Shown here in pieces: positions 28,494 to 37,463 of a stretch of DNA of 64,000 nucleotides; within the stretch, counting starts at the first letter, position 1; each line of letters opens with the position of its first letter. The notes under the pieces were generated by a model. The model was given only the letters and a program-made list of their open reading frames with translations, was not told the origin of the DNA and made no database searches. Source of the DNA: Planctomycetota bacterium (GTDB taxonomy: Bacteria > Planctomycetota > UBA1135 > UBA2386); assembly GCA_046290465.1 (NCBI GenBank), contig JBKAGP010000001.1, positions 4,672,001 through 4,736,000 on the forward strand, in the 5' to 3' direction. The translations under genes and the position numbers were made by a program.

Positions 28494-29267
28494 ATGGACA
28501 TCTTCAGTCTCCTCGGCCTGATCCTCGCCTTCATCGGCGTCATCGGCGGCATGATCCTCGAAGGGGGTCACCCGGAGGAACTGCTGCAGGTCACGGCCTT
28601 CATGATCGTGATCATCGGCTCGCTCGGCGCGACCCTGGTGGCGACGCTGCCGTCGGACACCGGCCATGCGATCCAGTCGCTGAAGCGGATCTTCCTGCCC
28701 GGCAAGTACGACTTCCACGGGCTGATGGACAAGATCCTCGAGCTCGCCAACCTGGCGCGCCGCGAGGGGCTGCTGGCGCTCGAGACCTATGCCAACAGCG
28801 GCGAGGGCGACCCGTTCCTGGTCAAGTGCCTGACGCTGGCAATCGACGGCAGCTCGGCCGAGGCCATCCGTGAGACCGTCGAGGTCGACATGCACATCGC
28901 CGAGGAGGACCAGAAGGCCGGCATGAAGTTCTGGGAGACCTGGGGGGCGCTGGCGCCGACGGTCGGCGTGCTGGGCGCGGTGCTCGGTCTGATGCACGTG
29001 ATGTCCGTGCTCGACCAGCCGGAGCTGATCGGTCCCGGTATCGCCGTCGCGTTCGTGGCGACGGTCTACGGCGTCGGCTTCGCCAACGTCGTCTGCCTGC
29101 CGATGTCGTTCAAGCTGAAGCGCCACATCGAGCACGACCAGCTGCTCAAGAGCATGGTGCTCGAGGGCGTCGTCGGTATCCAGTCCGGCATCGCGCCGGG
29201 CGCCTTGCGCAGCAAGCTGAAGGTCTACGCCGACAGCCACGGCGGCGGCGGCGGCGACAAGCACTAG
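28494..29267 (+). CDS. motA: Stator protein MotA
   Basis: ARREGLLALE, IDG, APTVGVLGAVLGL, GIAVAFVATVYG, EG..GIQSG. Confidence 0.9.
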   Translation: MDIFSLLGLILAFIGVIGGMILEGGHPEELLQVTAFMIVIIGSLGATLVATLPSDTGHAIQSLKRIFLPGKYDFHGLMDKILELANLARREGLLALETYANSGEGDPFLVKCLTLAIDGSSAEAIRETVEVDMHIAEEDQKAGMKFWETWGALAPTVGVLGAVLGLMHVMSVLDQPELIGPGIAVAFVATVYGVGFANVVCLPMSFKLKRHIEHDQLLKSMVLEGVVGIQSGIAPGALRSKLKVYADSHGGGGGDKH

Positions 29268-29287
29268 CAATCCGGATCCGCGCAGCG

Positions 29288-30022
29288 ATGGCGAAGAAGC
29301 ACAAGCACGAAGAGCACGTCAACCACGAGCGGTGGGTCATCTCGTTCGCGGACATGATGACGCTGCTGTTCGCGCTGTTCGTCGTGCTCTACGCGATGGG
29401 CGTGCAGGACCTCGAGAAGCTCAAGAAGCTGAAGAAGTCGATCCAGTTCGCGTTCAACATCGCCGGCGAAGGCAAGACGCGCGACACCGGCATCTTCGAC
29501 GACGTCAAGGGGGCGGGCGAGGTGCAGGTGCCCGCGCCGCTGGTGACCGCGCAGGACGGGTCGATGAAGGAGTTCCTCGAGGAGATGCTCGAGGAGTTCC
29601 GCGAGGAGAACGGCAAGTCGCTCGACATCGTGATGGTCGACGACACGATCTCGCTGACCGCGCCGATGTCGAAGTTCTTCGGCGAGGGCCGCGCCTATCC
29701 GGTGCGCCGCGAGATGGCCGATCGACTGGACCGCCTGTTCGACGGCTCGCTGTCGTTCACGTCGACGATCCGCATCCGCGTCGAGACGCCGAATCTCCCG
29801 ATCGCCGAGCGGCGTGACGGCAGCGTCGTGACGTCGATGGACCTCTGCGTCGCGCGCGTGCGCACCCTCGGTCGCATCGCCCGCAACAACCCGCAGGTGT
29901 TGCCGGAGATGGTCAACCACGAGTTCGTCGAACAGAACGAACGGCCCGGTGTCGGCGGCACCTGGGAGGATCAGGCCAAGGTCGTCATCTCGTTCTCCAA
30001 CGCCCGTCCCGAGAACCGCTGA
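29288..30022 (+). CDS. motB: MotB-like stator protein with degenerate OmpA-like domain
   Basis: ERWVISFADMMTLLFALFVVLYAM TM carrying the essential Asp; C-terminus lacks GHTD and LS..RA. Confidence 0.8.
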   Translation: MAKKHKHEEHVNHERWVISFADMMTLLFALFVVLYAMGVQDLEKLKKLKKSIQFAFNIAGEGKTRDTGIFDDVKGAGEVQVPAPLVTAQDGSMKEFLEEMLEEFREENGKSLDIVMVDDTISLTAPMSKFFGEGRAYPVRREMADRLDRLFDGSLSFTSTIRIRVETPNLPIAERRDGSVVTSMDLCVARVRTLGRIARNNPQVLPEMVNHEFVEQNERPGVGGTWEDQAKVVISFSNARPENR

Positions 30023-30103
30023 CGGCAGCGCGCCGACGGGCGGTTGGTAGGGTCTGCTCCCGGAACCGCACGTGCGGACCGCGGGACCGAACTTGCGGAC
30101 CGG

Positions 30104-30745
30104 TCAGACCAGGCCCAGTTCGATGGCGCGGAGGACGGCGCGGGTGCGGTCGTCGGCGGCGAGTTTGCCGAGGATGACGCTGACGTGGTTCTTGACGGTG
30201 CCCTCGGCGAGGCCGAGGCCGTCGGCGATCTCGCGGTTGGTCAGGCCGGCAGCCATCAGGCGGAGCACGTCCGACTCGCGCGGCGTCAACGCCGGCGCTG
30301 CCGCCTCCTGCGGTGCGCCCGAACGTCCGGCCAGCACGTTGCGCACCCGGTCGCCGACGGCCGGCCGCAGCGCCAGTCGCCCCTCGTGAACGTCCCGGAT
30401 CGCCTCGAGCAGTTCGTCGCGCGACGTGTCCTTGAGCAGGAAGCCGCGTGCACCGCGCCGCGCCGCGAGCAGCAGCGCCGCGTCGTCGTCGAACGTCGTC
30501 AGCACCAGCGCGCGCGGCCGCTCCCGTTCGGCCTCCTGCAGCCGGCGCAGCACTTCGTGGCCGTCCATCTCCGGCATGCGCAGGTCGAGCAGCAGCACGT
30601 CGACCTCGGTCTCGGCCAACAGGTCGAGCGCCTCGACACCGTCGGCGGCGTGGCCGACCACGGTGACGTCGTCGCTCGTGTGCAGCAGCGCTGCGAAGCC
30701 CTCGCGCACGAGTCGGTGGTCGTCGACGATCGCGACGCGGATCAT
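30104..30745 (-). CDS. NarL/LuxR family response regulator
   Basis: IVDDH, LLDLRMP, LTTFD, FLLKD, LTPRE...GLTNREIA...TVKNHVS. Confidence 0.93.
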   Translation of the reverse strand: MIRVAIVDDHRLVREGFAALLHTSDDVTVVGHAADGVEALDLLAETEVDVLLLDLRMPEMDGHEVLRRLQEAERERPRALVLTTFDDDAALLLAARRGARGFLLKDTSRDELLEAIRDVHEGRLALRPAVGDRVRNVLAGRSGAPQEAAAPALTPRESDVLRLMAAGLTNREIADGLGLAEGTVKNHVSVILGKLAADDRTRAVLRAIELGLV

Positions 30746-31851
30746 GCTCGTTCCTCCGCGGGCAGCGACATGCGAACGGTCGTGCCCTCGCCGGGGATGC
30801 GTTCGATCGCGAACCCGCAGCCGGCCGCGCGGCAACGTTCGGTCATGCCCGAGATGCCGCGGCCCCGCAGCGCACCGCTCCAGCTGGCACCGTCGTCCTG
30901 CACCTCGATGGCGTCGGTGTCGACACGCAGCGCGATACGCTCGGCGCGCGCGTGCTTGCGCGCGTTGGTGACGGCCTCCTGCACCGCACGGAAGCACTCG
31001 CGCGCGGCGGCGGCGGGCATCGCGCGGGCGCGCCGGTCGTCGCGCACGTCGACGGTGACCGGCGGGTGCGTGCGTTCGTCGTGCAGCTCCTGCAGCGCAT
31101 GCACGAGGTCGAAGTCCTCGCGCTCCTGCATCTCGTCGACGACGCCGCGCACCTCGGCCAGCAGCAGCCGCGACAGCTGCCTCGCCTGCTCCAGGTGCGG
31201 GTTGCAGCCGTCGCCGCGCGCCGCCTCGAGCTGCAGCTGCAGCGCGACCAGGTGGTGGCCGAGCACGTCGTGCAGGTCGGCGGCGATCTGGTTGCGTTCG
31301 GCGCGGCGGGCCGCGGCCTCGAGTTCGACCCGCGTCCGTGCCAGCGCCGTGCGCGCGCGCCGTTCCGACGCCGCCGTGCGCGAGAACCGGTAGCCGATGA
31401 CCTGGAACCCGAAGAACCCGAACGCCGCCGAGATCCCGACCTCGACGCTCCATCGGCTCACGTAGACCGACACCAGCACCAGGCTCTGCGCGAGGATCCA
31501 CGGCATCGCGTGACGCGGTGCGACGTCGTGCAGCCGCGCGGCGACCAGCACCAGCAGCGTCGCGGTCAGCGCCGCGCCGCCGTAGACCACCGGGATCAGC
31601 CAGATCGCGACGCACGCGAGCACCGAGGCCAACGCCAGCAGGGCGAACCGCGGCGGCCCGCTGCGGCGGATCGCGACCTGGTCGACGGCGGCGAACACCG
31701 CGACGCACGCGAGCCACCAGCCGAGGTGGTCCGGCAGCGTCTCCGGGTGCAGCAGCGAACGCTGCACGATCGGGCTGATCGCGACGGCGATCGCGAGCGG
31801 GCCGAGCCACGCCGAGATCGAGCGTGCGCCAGCTTCGCGACCGTCTGCCAT
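30742..31851 (-). CDS. Membrane sensor histidine kinase (HisKA_3, DesK-like)
   Basis: About 5 TMs, ERNQIAADLHDVLGH, QEAVTNARKHA, DDG, G.G.SGM.ER. Confidence 0.9.
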   Translation of the reverse strand: MADGREAGARSISAWLGPLAIAVAISPIVQRSLLHPETLPDHLGWWLACVAVFAAVDQVAIRRSGPPRFALLALASVLACVAIWLIPVVYGGAALTATLLVLVAARLHDVAPRHAMPWILAQSLVLVSVYVSRWSVEVGISAAFGFFGFQVIGYRFSRTAASERRARTALARTRVELEAAARRAERNQIAADLHDVLGHHLVALQLQLEAARGDGCNPHLEQARQLSRLLLAEVRGVVDEMQEREDFDLVHALQELHDERTHPPVTVDVRDDRRARAMPAAAARECFRAVQEAVTNARKHARAERIALRVDTDAIEVQDDGASWSGALRGRGISGMTERCRAAGCGFAIERIPGEGTTVRMSLPAEERA

Positions 31852-31960
31852 CGCGCGGATCCTAGCGGGTGGGCCGGACCGGCACCCGTGCCGATGGTCA
31901 TGGGTCGACAGGGGACCGGCGGCACTGTCGCGGCCGGTCGCCGCGATGCATCTTGGGGCC

Positions 31961-32893
31961 ATGAACCTCCGACTGCCTCGTCCGTCTCGCTGGCTGGGTC
32001 TCGTCCTCTTGCTCGGTGTCGCCCTGGTGCGGGCCCCGGCGGCCGTCGCCCAAGAGCCGCAGTCCGCCCCCGAGAAGCTCTGGCGCGACGACCCGGCCGC
32101 CGTCATCGACCACTACCTGGCGCAGGCGAAGCTGAAGCCGATCGAGGTCGTGCTGGTCGGCACGTTCCACTTCGACGACCAGGGCCTCGACGAATACAAG
32201 CCGACGCACCACTTCGACGCGCTCGCCGACGACCGCCAGCAGCAGATCGTGCGGGTCGTCGACGACCTCGCCGGCTGGAAGCCGGACCTCGTGTGCGTCG
32301 AGCGGCGTCCGAGCGGCCAGGGCCGCGTCGACGCCGACTACGCGACGTTCCGCGACGGTGGCCTGCGCGACCGGAAGAACGAGGTCGTGCAGATCGGCTA
32401 CCGCCTCGCCGATCGCCTCGGGCACCAGCGGGTGCACGCGATCGACGCCGGCGGCGCCTGGCTGCAGCCGCGCGTCGACCCGATCGCCTGGGCCAAGAAG
32501 AACGGCCGCATCCGCCAGCTGATGACGCCGCTGCAGGCAGTGGGAGCCGCCTCGCGCGCCGACGAGGACCGCTTCATCGACCGCGAGGACCTCAGCACCA
32601 TCTACCGCTTCATGAACCACCCGCGCGTGCACCAGGTCGCACACGCCGTCTACCTGATCGGCGCGTTCCACGCGGCCGACGGCGAGCAGTTTCCCGGCCC
32701 CGACGGCTTCGTCACGCACTGGCACAACCGCAACCTGCGCATCTTCGCCAACCTGCGCCGGGTGGCGAAGCCGGGACAGAAGGTCGTGGTGCTGTTCGGC
32801 AACGGCCACATGCCGATCCTGCGGCACTGCATCGCGTCGAGCCCCGAGTTCCGGTTGACGGAGCTGCGCGACGTGGTCGGCAAGACGCGCTGA
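31961..32893 (+). CDS. Secreted DUF5694-like protein
   Basis: Signal peptide; VGTFHF, KPD.V.VE, NEVVQIG.RLA, W.NRNLRIFAN, FG.GH; divergent from the two-component pair. Confidence 0.7.
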   Translation: MNLRLPRPSRWLGLVLLLGVALVRAPAAVAQEPQSAPEKLWRDDPAAVIDHYLAQAKLKPIEVVLVGTFHFDDQGLDEYKPTHHFDALADDRQQQIVRVVDDLAGWKPDLVCVERRPSGQGRVDADYATFRDGGLRDRKNEVVQIGYRLADRLGHQRVHAIDAGGAWLQPRVDPIAWAKKNGRIRQLMTPLQAVGAASRADEDRFIDREDLSTIYRFMNHPRVHQVAHAVYLIGAFHAADGEQFPGPDGFVTHWHNRNLRIFANLRRVAKPGQKVVVLFGNGHMPILRHCIASSPEFRLTELRDVVGKTR

Positions 32894-32913
32894 GCGCGCG
32901 TCGGCTCGAGCGA

Positions 32914-34095
32914 CTAGTCGGCCAGCATGCGGCCGAGGATGGTCTTCTGGATCATCGACGTGCCCTCGTAGATGCGCAGCGCCTGGATGTCGCGCCACAG
33001 CCGTTCGACCGGGTAGGCCGAGGTGTAGCCGCGGCCGCCGTGCAGCAGCACGGCCTGCTCGGCGGCGGTCGCCGCGGCCTCGGTCGAGTACAGCTTGGCC
33101 ATCGCCAGATCGGCGTGTGTCTCCGAGCCGGCGTGCCGGCGGTTGGCGCAGCGGTGCACCAGCGCGCGGCTCGCGTGCAGTGACGTCAGCATGTCGGCGA
33201 GCCGCTCCTGCACCATCTGGAACCTGACGATCGGTTTGCCGAACTGCTGCCGCTCGCGAGCGAACGCCGTGGCTTCGGCGAGCGCGCGGCGGTGGATGCC
33301 GACGGCGCCGGCGGCGACCGACAGGCGGCCTTGGGCGAGGCCGTTCATCGCGATCGAGAAGCCCTTGCCGATCGGGCCGACGATCTCGCTCGCGGCCGCG
33401 CGCACGCCGTCGAGCGTGATCACGGCGTGGTCGCTGCCGCGGTGGCCGAGGTCGACGCCGGGCATCGGCTTGCGGTCGATGCCGTCGCGATCGGTGCTCA
33501 GCAGGAACGCGGTCAGGCCCTTGTGGCCGAGCGACGGGTCGACGGTCGCGAACAGCAGCATCACGTCGGCGACGCCACCGTTGGTGATCCAGTGCTTCTG
33601 GCCGGAGATGCGGTAGCTGCCGTCGGCCTGCTGTTCGGCGTGCGTCTGCAGCGACGCCACGTCGCTGCCGGCGTCCGGCTCGGTGAGCCCGAAGCAGCCG
33701 ATCGCCTCGCCGCGGATCAGCGGGCCGAGCCAGCGCTCGCGTTGTGCGTCGCTGCCGTTCTGGTGCAGGCACTGCGTGACCAGTCCGGTCTGCACCGCAC
33801 AGAACCCGCGCGCGTTGCCGCAGGCCGAGCCGAGCTCCTCGTGCGCGATCGCCAGCTGCAGCGGCGTCCAGCCGCCGCCGCCGGCCTCTGTCGGCAGCGG
33901 TCCGCCGAGGATGCCGGCGGCGCCGAGGTCGTCGACCATCTCGCGACGGAACGTGCAGGTCTCGTCGATCTCGCGCGCGTGCGGCGCGAGCTTGTGCTCG
34001 GCGAACGCGCGGATCTGCTGCGCGAACGCCCGCGCGTCCGCGTCGAGGTCGCTGTCGGGCAGGTAGAGGTCGCGGTAGTCGTGCTCGTTGCTCAT
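32914..34095 (-). CDS. Acyl-CoA dehydrogenase
   Basis: LTEPDAGSD, GQKHWITNG, RQQFGKPI..FQ, HGGRGY, IYEGTS. Confidence 0.93.
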   Translation of the reverse strand: MSNEHDYRDLYLPDSDLDADARAFAQQIRAFAEHKLAPHAREIDETCTFRREMVDDLGAAGILGGPLPTEAGGGGWTPLQLAIAHEELGSACGNARGFCAVQTGLVTQCLHQNGSDAQRERWLGPLIRGEAIGCFGLTEPDAGSDVASLQTHAEQQADGSYRISGQKHWITNGGVADVMLLFATVDPSLGHKGLTAFLLSTDRDGIDRKPMPGVDLGHRGSDHAVITLDGVRAAASEIVGPIGKGFSIAMNGLAQGRLSVAAGAVGIHRRALAEATAFARERQQFGKPIVRFQMVQERLADMLTSLHASRALVHRCANRRHAGSETHADLAMAKLYSTEAAATAAEQAVLLHGGRGYTSAYPVERLWRDIQALRIYEGTSMIQKTILGRMLAD

Positions 34096-34889
34096 CGTCC
34101 CTCGAACTTCGGCTCCCGCTGCTCCATCCACGCGTCGTAGAACTCGCGGTGGTCGCGCGCGCGCAGCAGCAGCGCCTGTGCCTGCGCCTCCTGTTCGATC
34201 GCCGCGTCGAGGTCCATCGGCCACTCGTGCCAGACCATCTTCTTGGTCATGCCGATCGCGAGGCCTGGCCCGTTCGCCAGCCGGCGCGCGATCGCCATCG
34301 CCTCGTCGAGCACCTGCTCGGGTGCGACCACGCGGTTGGCGAGGCCGATGCGATGGCACTCGTCGGCCGGGATCTTGTCGCCGAGCGTCAGGTATTCCAT
34401 CGCGCGTCCGGTGCCGATGACCTTCGGCAGCAGCCAGGCCGCGCCCATGTCCGCGCCGGTCAGCCCGACCTTGGTGAACAAGAACGCGAACTTCGCCTTC
34501 TCGGACATCACGCGCAGGTCGCTGGCGAGCGCGAGCACCGAGCCGGCGCCGGCGGCCACGCCGTTGATCGCCGCGACGATCGGCTTGTCGAGGCGCAGCA
34601 TGTTGCGCACCACCGCGCCGGTCATGCGGGTGAACTGCAGCGTGCCGTCGAGGTCGCGGTCGAACAGCGGGCCGATGATCTCTTCGACGTTGCCGCCGCT
34701 GCAGAATCCCTTGCCCTTGCCGGTCAGCACGATCGCCTTGACGCGCTCGTCGCTGCGCAGGTCGACGAACAGCCGCTCGAGCTGGCCGTAGATCTCGAAC
34801 GTCAGCGAGTTGAGCGTGTCGGGTCGGTCGAGGGTCAGCACCGCGACGCCGTCGTCGTCGATGTCGAAGTGGAAGTCGTGGTCGCTCAT
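34092..34889 (-). CDS. Enoyl-CoA hydratase/isomerase family protein
   Basis: GFCSGG, AAINGVAAGAG, FLFTKVGLTGADMGA. Confidence 0.9.
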   Translation of the reverse strand: MSDHDFHFDIDDDGVAVLTLDRPDTLNSLTFEIYGQLERLFVDLRSDERVKAIVLTGKGKGFCSGGNVEEIIGPLFDRDLDGTLQFTRMTGAVVRNMLRLDKPIVAAINGVAAGAGSVLALASDLRVMSEKAKFAFLFTKVGLTGADMGAAWLLPKVIGTGRAMEYLTLGDKIPADECHRIGLANRVVAPEQVLDEAMAIARRLANGPGLAIGMTKKMVWHEWPMDLDAAIEQEAQAQALLLRARDHREFYDAWMEQREPKFEGR

Positions 34890-34904
34890 GGCATTCGCGC
34901 GGGA

Positions 34905-35681
34905 TCAGTCGAGGAACGCGGCGGGGTCGCGGTCGAGTTCGTAGACGCAGCCGTCGGGTCGTTCGCGCAGCAGCATCGCGACCGCGTCGGCGACCTCCTG
35001 GCAGGTGTGCATGCGCCCGATGCGATTCTGCTGGCCCATCCGGGCGAGCGCCTCATCGGCGGTCGAACTGCCCTTGCTCGCGACCGCGGCGGCCGCGTTG
35101 CGGGTGATGTCGCTGTCGACGAAGCCCGGACAGACGGCGTAGACGTGCAGGCCCTTCGGCGTCAGTTCGGCGTGCAGGGCGCGCGACAGCCCGACCATGC
35201 CGTGCTTGGCGGCGGTGTAGGCCGACGTGAACGGATAGCCGCGCAGGCCGGCGGTCGACGCCAGGTTGAGCAGGCAGCCGGAGCCGCGCTGCTTCATCGC
35301 GGCGGCGCAGGCTCGCGCGAACGCGAGCGGAGCCGCGACGTGCAGGTCGAAGGCCTCCTGCATCATCTCGGCGGTGGTGTTCTCGACCTTGTCGGACGGC
35401 GCCGTGCCGGCGTTGTTGACGACGTGGTCCGGCGTGCCGAAGTGTCGCTCGGTCGCCGTGATCACGTTGCCGGCGGCGTCCGGATCGCGCAGGTCGACCG
35501 CGAAGGTCGCGACGTCGCCGCCGGCGCCCTGCAGTTCGGCCGCGACCTCGTCGAGGCGGCCGCCGTCGCGCGCCACCAGCACGAGCCGGTGGCCATCGGC
35601 GGCGAGGGCGGTGGCGATCGCGCGGCCGATGCCGCGGCTGCTGCCGGTCACGATCGTCACGGGGGCTTCGGTCGACGCCAT
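34905..35681 (-). CDS. SDR oxidoreductase (3-hydroxyacyl-CoA dehydrogenase-like)
   Basis: [25 protein letters not shown]. Confidence 0.9.
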   Translation of the reverse strand: MASTEAPVTIVTGSSRGIGRAIATALAADGHRLVLVARDGGRLDEVAAELQGAGGDVATFAVDLRDPDAAGNVITATERHFGTPDHVVNNAGTAPSDKVENTTAEMMQEAFDLHVAAPLAFARACAAAMKQRGSGCLLNLASTAGLRGYPFTSAYTAAKHGMVGLSRALHAELTPKGLHVYAVCPGFVDSDITRNAAAAVASKGSSTADEALARMGQQNRIGRMHTCQEVADAVAMLLRERPDGCVYELDRDPAAFLD

Positions 35682-35830
35682 CGTGCCATGCTCGCGCACC
35701 GGGCCCGCCCTTCGCAACGAACGTTTCGTTCCTGGACCCGCGAGGAAGGGCTCAGGTCCGGCGGCCGCGCGCGCCGATAGGGCGTGTGGGACAGGGAAGC
35801 AGGGGCGTCGAGTTGCGGACGACCCTCAGG

Positions 35831-35865
35831 AAGGGCTCGGTGGGGACCGAGCCCTTTCTCTTTGT
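35831..35865 (+). terminator. Intrinsic terminator-like hairpin in a divergent intergenic region
   Basis: aagggctcggt-gggg-accgagccctt 11-bp stem followed by tctctttgt. Confidence 0.55.
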
Positions 35866-35971
35866 ACGGCGATCCTTCCGGGCGTGCCTGCCGGCTCGCA
35901 CACGGCCGCGCCGGATCGGCTTGGGTGCGAGGCGCCGAGCTGCCGATGGCAAGGGCTCCTGGAGGTAAAGG

Positions 35972-37093
35972 ATGCCCGAGAACGTGCTCGCGATGCTGTT
36001 GTTCGCCTGCCCCGCCGCGCTGGCCCAGAGCACGGCCACCGTGCCGCCGGTCTGCGAGACCCTGCCCGGCAATGCGGCGCTGGCGATGCCCCTGCGCTGG
36101 AGCGAGGGCCGGATGCAGGTGTTCGTCGACCCCGGCCTGCTGCCGCCGAACTTCGTCGGCGAGACCATCACTGGCCTCAAGCTGCGCCGTTCGGTGCTGC
36201 CGGGGGACGTCGCCTATCCGGCGATCTCGCGCACCCTGACCGTGCGCGGTGGCTTCCAGGGCCCGGCGGCGGCGCTGGTCAACGGCAGCTACACGCAGAA
36301 CCAGCCCGGCAGCATGCAGACGCTGTTCGGCCCCACGATGGTCAACGTGCCGGCGACGCCGGCGCCCGGGCCCGCCACGACCGTCGGCGAGTCGTTCGTC
36401 GACATCGTCTTCACGACGCCGCTGCCGGTGGTCGCCGGCACGCTGTTCCTCGAGTTCGAGGTCTCCAACCCGCCGCTGTCGATCAGCAGCGACCACTGGG
36501 TCGACGCGGTCTGGTTCGAGGACGGGGTCGACGAAGGGCTGGTGGTGCGCGTCGGCGACGGCGGCTGCACCACGCGGTCCGAACCGACGATGCTCGAATA
36601 CACCAGCAGCGATGCCCCGATCGCCGGCACGACGGTGGATCTGGAGGTCACCGGCGCACCGCCGACGATCAACGGCGCGTTCGGCTTCGTCGTCGTCTGG
36701 GCGGGCACCGACCCCGAAGGACGGGCTCCCGGCCCGACCTACGTCGGCTACGGCAACACGTTCGCCGCGGCGGATCCGCTGATGGCGAACTGCCACCAGT
36801 GGGCGCCGTTCGACTTCAGCTGGTTCGGACCGACCGACGGGGCCGGTCGCTTCGCGACCACGTTCGACATCCCTGGCAGCGCCGGGGTCGGCTTCCGGCT
36901 GGCGCTGCAGGCGGCCTGGCTGGACACCTCGCGGCCGGTGGTGCCGCTGTCGTTCAGCAACGGCCTGCAGCTCGTCTGCACCGGTGCCGGCGTCGGCAGC
37001 CGCTGCAACACGTTCTTCTTCCCGGGGCAGACCCAGGTCTCGCCGTGGGGGCCCCAGATCGGCCAGATGCCGGTGGTGCTGCTGGACTACTGA
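35972..37093 (+). CDS. Secreted hypothetical protein
   Basis: GGAGG RBS, signal peptide ALA-Q, beta-rich. Confidence 0.8.
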   Translation: MPENVLAMLLFACPAALAQSTATVPPVCETLPGNAALAMPLRWSEGRMQVFVDPGLLPPNFVGETITGLKLRRSVLPGDVAYPAISRTLTVRGGFQGPAAALVNGSYTQNQPGSMQTLFGPTMVNVPATPAPGPATTVGESFVDIVFTTPLPVVAGTLFLEFEVSNPPLSISSDHWVDAVWFEDGVDEGLVVRVGDGGCTTRSEPTMLEYTSSDAPIAGTTVDLEVTGAPPTINGAFGFVVVWAGTDPEGRAPGPTYVGYGNTFAAADPLMANCHQWAPFDFSWFGPTDGAGRFATTFDIPGSAGVGFRLALQAAWLDTSRPVVPLSFSNGLQLVCTGAGVGSRCNTFFFPGQTQVSPWGPQIGQMPVVLLDY

Positions 37094-37134
37094 CGCAGGG
37101 TCGCGCCCGGGTGCCATCCGGGCCCGGGAAGCCC

Positions 37135-37162
37135 TTGCGATTTGCGGATCGATCGCTACTCT
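37135..37162 (+). promoter_or_regulatory. Putative sigma70 promoter of rpmG
   Basis: TTGCGA-N16-TACTCT about 50 bp upstream of the L33 start. Confidence 0.4.
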
Positions 37163-37212
37163 GCTCGGCCCTCCCAATCCGGCCTCCGCCTGAGGTCGGC
37201 ACCTTTCCAGCC

Positions 37213-37377
37213 ATGGCCAAGCCCAAGAAGAAAAGAGAAATCGTCTTCCTCGTCTGCGAGGAGAGCGGCGATCGCAACTACACGCTGCTGAAGAAGCCCG
37301 GCACGCCGAAGCTGGAGCTCAGCAAGTACTGCCCGCGCCTGCGGAAGCACACCAAGCACATCGAGAAGAAGAAGTAG
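37213..37377 (+). CDS. rpmG: 50S ribosomal protein L33
   Basis: [16 protein letters not shown]...[20 protein letters not shown]. Confidence 0.95.
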   Translation: MAKPKKKREIVFLVCEESGDRNYTLLKKPGTPKLELSKYCPRLRKHTKHIEKKK

Positions 37378-37463
37378 TTGCAGGGAGGCCAGGGCCTCCC
37401 GCCCCGACGCGGTCGCAGACCGTCCGTCGGCACTTCTCCCCGATCTGCATGGCGGGCCGCCCT

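Noticed and set aside
28494..30022. Zorya ZorAB defence system
   Set aside because: MotA is short and canonical with no long ZorA tail, and there are no zorC/D/E genes
35750..35805. SRP RNA-like words (CAGGTCCG ... GGAAGCAG)
   Set aside because: The halves are separated by about 35 nt rather than a tetraloop, and no long enclosing helix is evident
37378..37463. tRNA downstream of rpmG
   Set aside because: Only a GC hairpin (37383-37400); no T-loop GTTCRA or cloverleaf
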